Made by a program: the position numbers and the translations under genes
Shown: in pieces, positions 15,888 to 17,208 of the stretch
How positions within the stretch are numbered: position 1 is the first letter of the stretch
How the letters are laid out: each line of letters opens with the position of its first letter
Notes under the pieces: model-generated
Database searches by the model: none
What the model was told of the DNA's origin: nothing
What the model saw: only the letters and a program-made list of their open reading frames with translations
Assembly: GCA_039208735.1 (NCBI GenBank)
Contig: JBCCQY010000184.1
Coordinates: 1 to 17,208, forward strand
DNA: 17,208 bases
Source of the DNA: Myxococcota bacterium
Lineage (GTDB): Bacteria; Myxococcota_A; UBA796; GCA-2862545
Reading direction: 5' to 3'

Positions 15888-16622
15888 TCAGTCCGCCATG
15901 ACCACTCGGGACACGAAGACCTTCACGCTTTCGGACCAGGCCTCGGGCAACTTGCCGTCGCTCCAATCCCACGTGCGCGTCTGCCCAGGTTCGAAAACCT
16001 CTTTGCGTTCCTCCTCGATGGGCACCGACCAGCTTGGCGCGACGACCGGCCACTCGCGCTCATCGAGGATCTGGCCTTCCTTCCCCAAGTACTGAATGGT
16101 CATGCGCAGATCTTTGATGCGCGCTTCTCCCTTGTTGGTCACCGCGACCTTCCAACCCCAGCCGTTCAGCGGTCCATTGGGGTCCTCCGCCATGTTGACT
16201 TGCGTTTGTTCGACCTCACCGACTTCGAGATTCGGGAGATAGGCGTACACCCCGACCATGCGTTGGGCGTAGCGCTTGCGCTTCTTCTCAGCCTTCGGGT
16301 ACTCATCGAGGAACTTCTTCCACGCATCGCCCGACGCTTGCTCCTTCGCCCATACAAAGAGGAACTTTTCGCGCTCCTTGAGGGCCTTCGTGCGTTGATT
16401 GCCCTTGGGAAACCGCTCGAGGTACTGGTCGTAGATCTCGAGGCTTCCCTCACTCGCCGCCTTCTTCAGGTAGAGCGTCTCGAGCCGATCCGAAGCCTCC
16501 ATCGTGAAGCGGCCATTCGGATTTTCCGTGAGGTACTTCTCGAAGGCCTCGATGGTATCCTCGTTCTGCGCAACTACGAAAGGGTCGCTGCACCCAAACC
16601 ACGCCAGCGCCATCCACAACAT
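15888..16622 (-). CDS. Putative lipoprotein with three 37-aa helical repeats and a C-terminal FxLYD-like Ig-fold domain
   Basis: MLWMALAWFG-C and GAGGAGG RBS. Repeats with [YF]Lxx[NFY]P have Pro at 35, 72 and 109. The C-terminal VTNKGEARIKDLRMTIQYLGKEGQILD...FEPGQTRTW resembles FxLYD domains. Confidence 0.8.
   Translation of the reverse strand: MLWMALAWFGCSDPFVVAQNEDTIEAFEKYLTENPNGRFTMEASDRLETLYLKKAASEGSLEIYDQYLERFPKGNQRTKALKEREKFLFVWAKEQASGDAWKKFLDEYPKAEKKRKRYAQRMVGVYAYLPNLEVGEVEQTQVNMAEDPNGPLNGWGWKVAVTNKGEARIKDLRMTIQYLGKEGQILDEREWPVVAPSWSVPIEEERKEVFEPGQTRTWDWSDGKLPEAWSESVKVFVSRVVMAD
16257..16580 (-). repeat. Protein-level tandem repeat, 3 x 37 aa
   Basis: EDTIEAFEKYLTENPNG / EGSLEIYDQYLERFPKG / QASGDAWKKFLDEYPKA, with an exact 37-residue period. 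Confidence 0.8.
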
Positions 16623-16671
16623 GCACCCTCCTCGGCCATTGTCTTGGGACGACGAGCATACCGCACGCGAA

Positions 16672-17208
16672 TCAACGGATGCCGAAGGTCAGACCTACCC
16701 CGAGTTCGGGTCCTCGGTTGAACCGTCGCCAGGAGGCTTGGTCTCGGAAGCCAAACCCTTGGTCGTAGCGTTGCGTGAAGCGCCAGGTCGAGTCGAGCAG
16801 GTTGGCTCCGCGCACCTGGATGCCCCCGACGGTGCTCGCGGTCTTGAAAATCCGCCACGTCCAGGCCAACGACAGCCGCGTAGGCACTTGGAAGAACACA
16901 TTGGTCTGAAACTCGGCTTGCGGATCGTAATTGTCGACCTCTGGGCTGGCCGCACGGTGCAACCGCTGCCCCCCACCGTCGAGCACCACATTCAGGTCGT
17001 GACGACCCCGCGAGTAGCCAAGGACGAGGTCTGCCATCCAGCCCATCTGACCGTCGAGCGACCGATCGGAGTTGAGCCCAAAGCGAAAGGAGTCCGTGAA
17101 CACGACGGTGTTCGTCGCCGTGACGTTGCCCAGTAGGTAGAACCCCTGGAAGTCGAGCTGCCCCTCGAGTTCCACCCCCCAAGTCTGCCCCACCCGGGGT
17201 CGCTGGAA
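16672..17208 (-). CDS. C-terminal part of a probable outer-membrane beta-barrel protein (5' truncated by window)
   Basis: The frame stays open to the window end (FQRPRVGQTWGVELEGQL...). Strands WGVELEG, FYLLGNVT, WMADLVLGYS, RLSLAWTW, GIQVRGANLLD and ELGVGLTF resemble TonB-dependent receptor C-termini (NLLD). Confidence 0.7.
   Translation of the reverse strand, partial: FQRPRVGQTWGVELEGQLDFQGFYLLGNVTATNTVVFTDSFRFGLNSDRSLDGQMGWMADLVLGYSRGRHDLNVVLDGGGQRLHRAASPEVDNYDPQAEFQTNVFFQVPTRLSLAWTWRIFKTASTVGGIQVRGANLLDSTWRFTQRYDQGFGFRDQASWRRFNRGPELGVGLTFGIR

Noticed and set aside
1..17208. tRNA, rRNA, CRISPR array, IS, integrase or prophage genes
   Set aside because: Nearly all sequence is accounted for by protein genes, the intergenic gaps are under 200 bp, and no such signatures were seen.

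Overview
GC-rich bacterial window, densely coding, with 17 protein genes (the last truncated by the right edge) and a possible 18th start at the left edge. No rRNA, tRNA, CRISPR or mobile element is evident. The many exported proteins and the kinase-like, VWA and CsgG-like domains suggest a diderm, possibly Myxococcota; this is inference. Confident genes are cydA-cydB (cytochrome bd, short Q-loop), hemE, a LysR regulator, a D-2-hydroxyacid dehydrogenase, a DUF885 lipoprotein, an M23 peptidase and a START-like lipoprotein. The most unusual part is the left minus-strand unit (138-3251). It encodes a catalytically degenerate Hanks-type pseudokinase fused to two apparent YukD/EsaB-like ubiquitin-fold domains, then an exported CsgG/TolB_N-like + TPR protein, then a ~5-TM membrane protein. 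Divergent from it is a plus-strand unit with a TM/Pro-rich/VWA protein and an orphan protein carrying an LQxxxGNxxV motif. All four convergent gene pairs overlap or abut, and several exported proteins have very short, uncharged signal peptides. All family calls come from motif recognition by eye; no searches were run.
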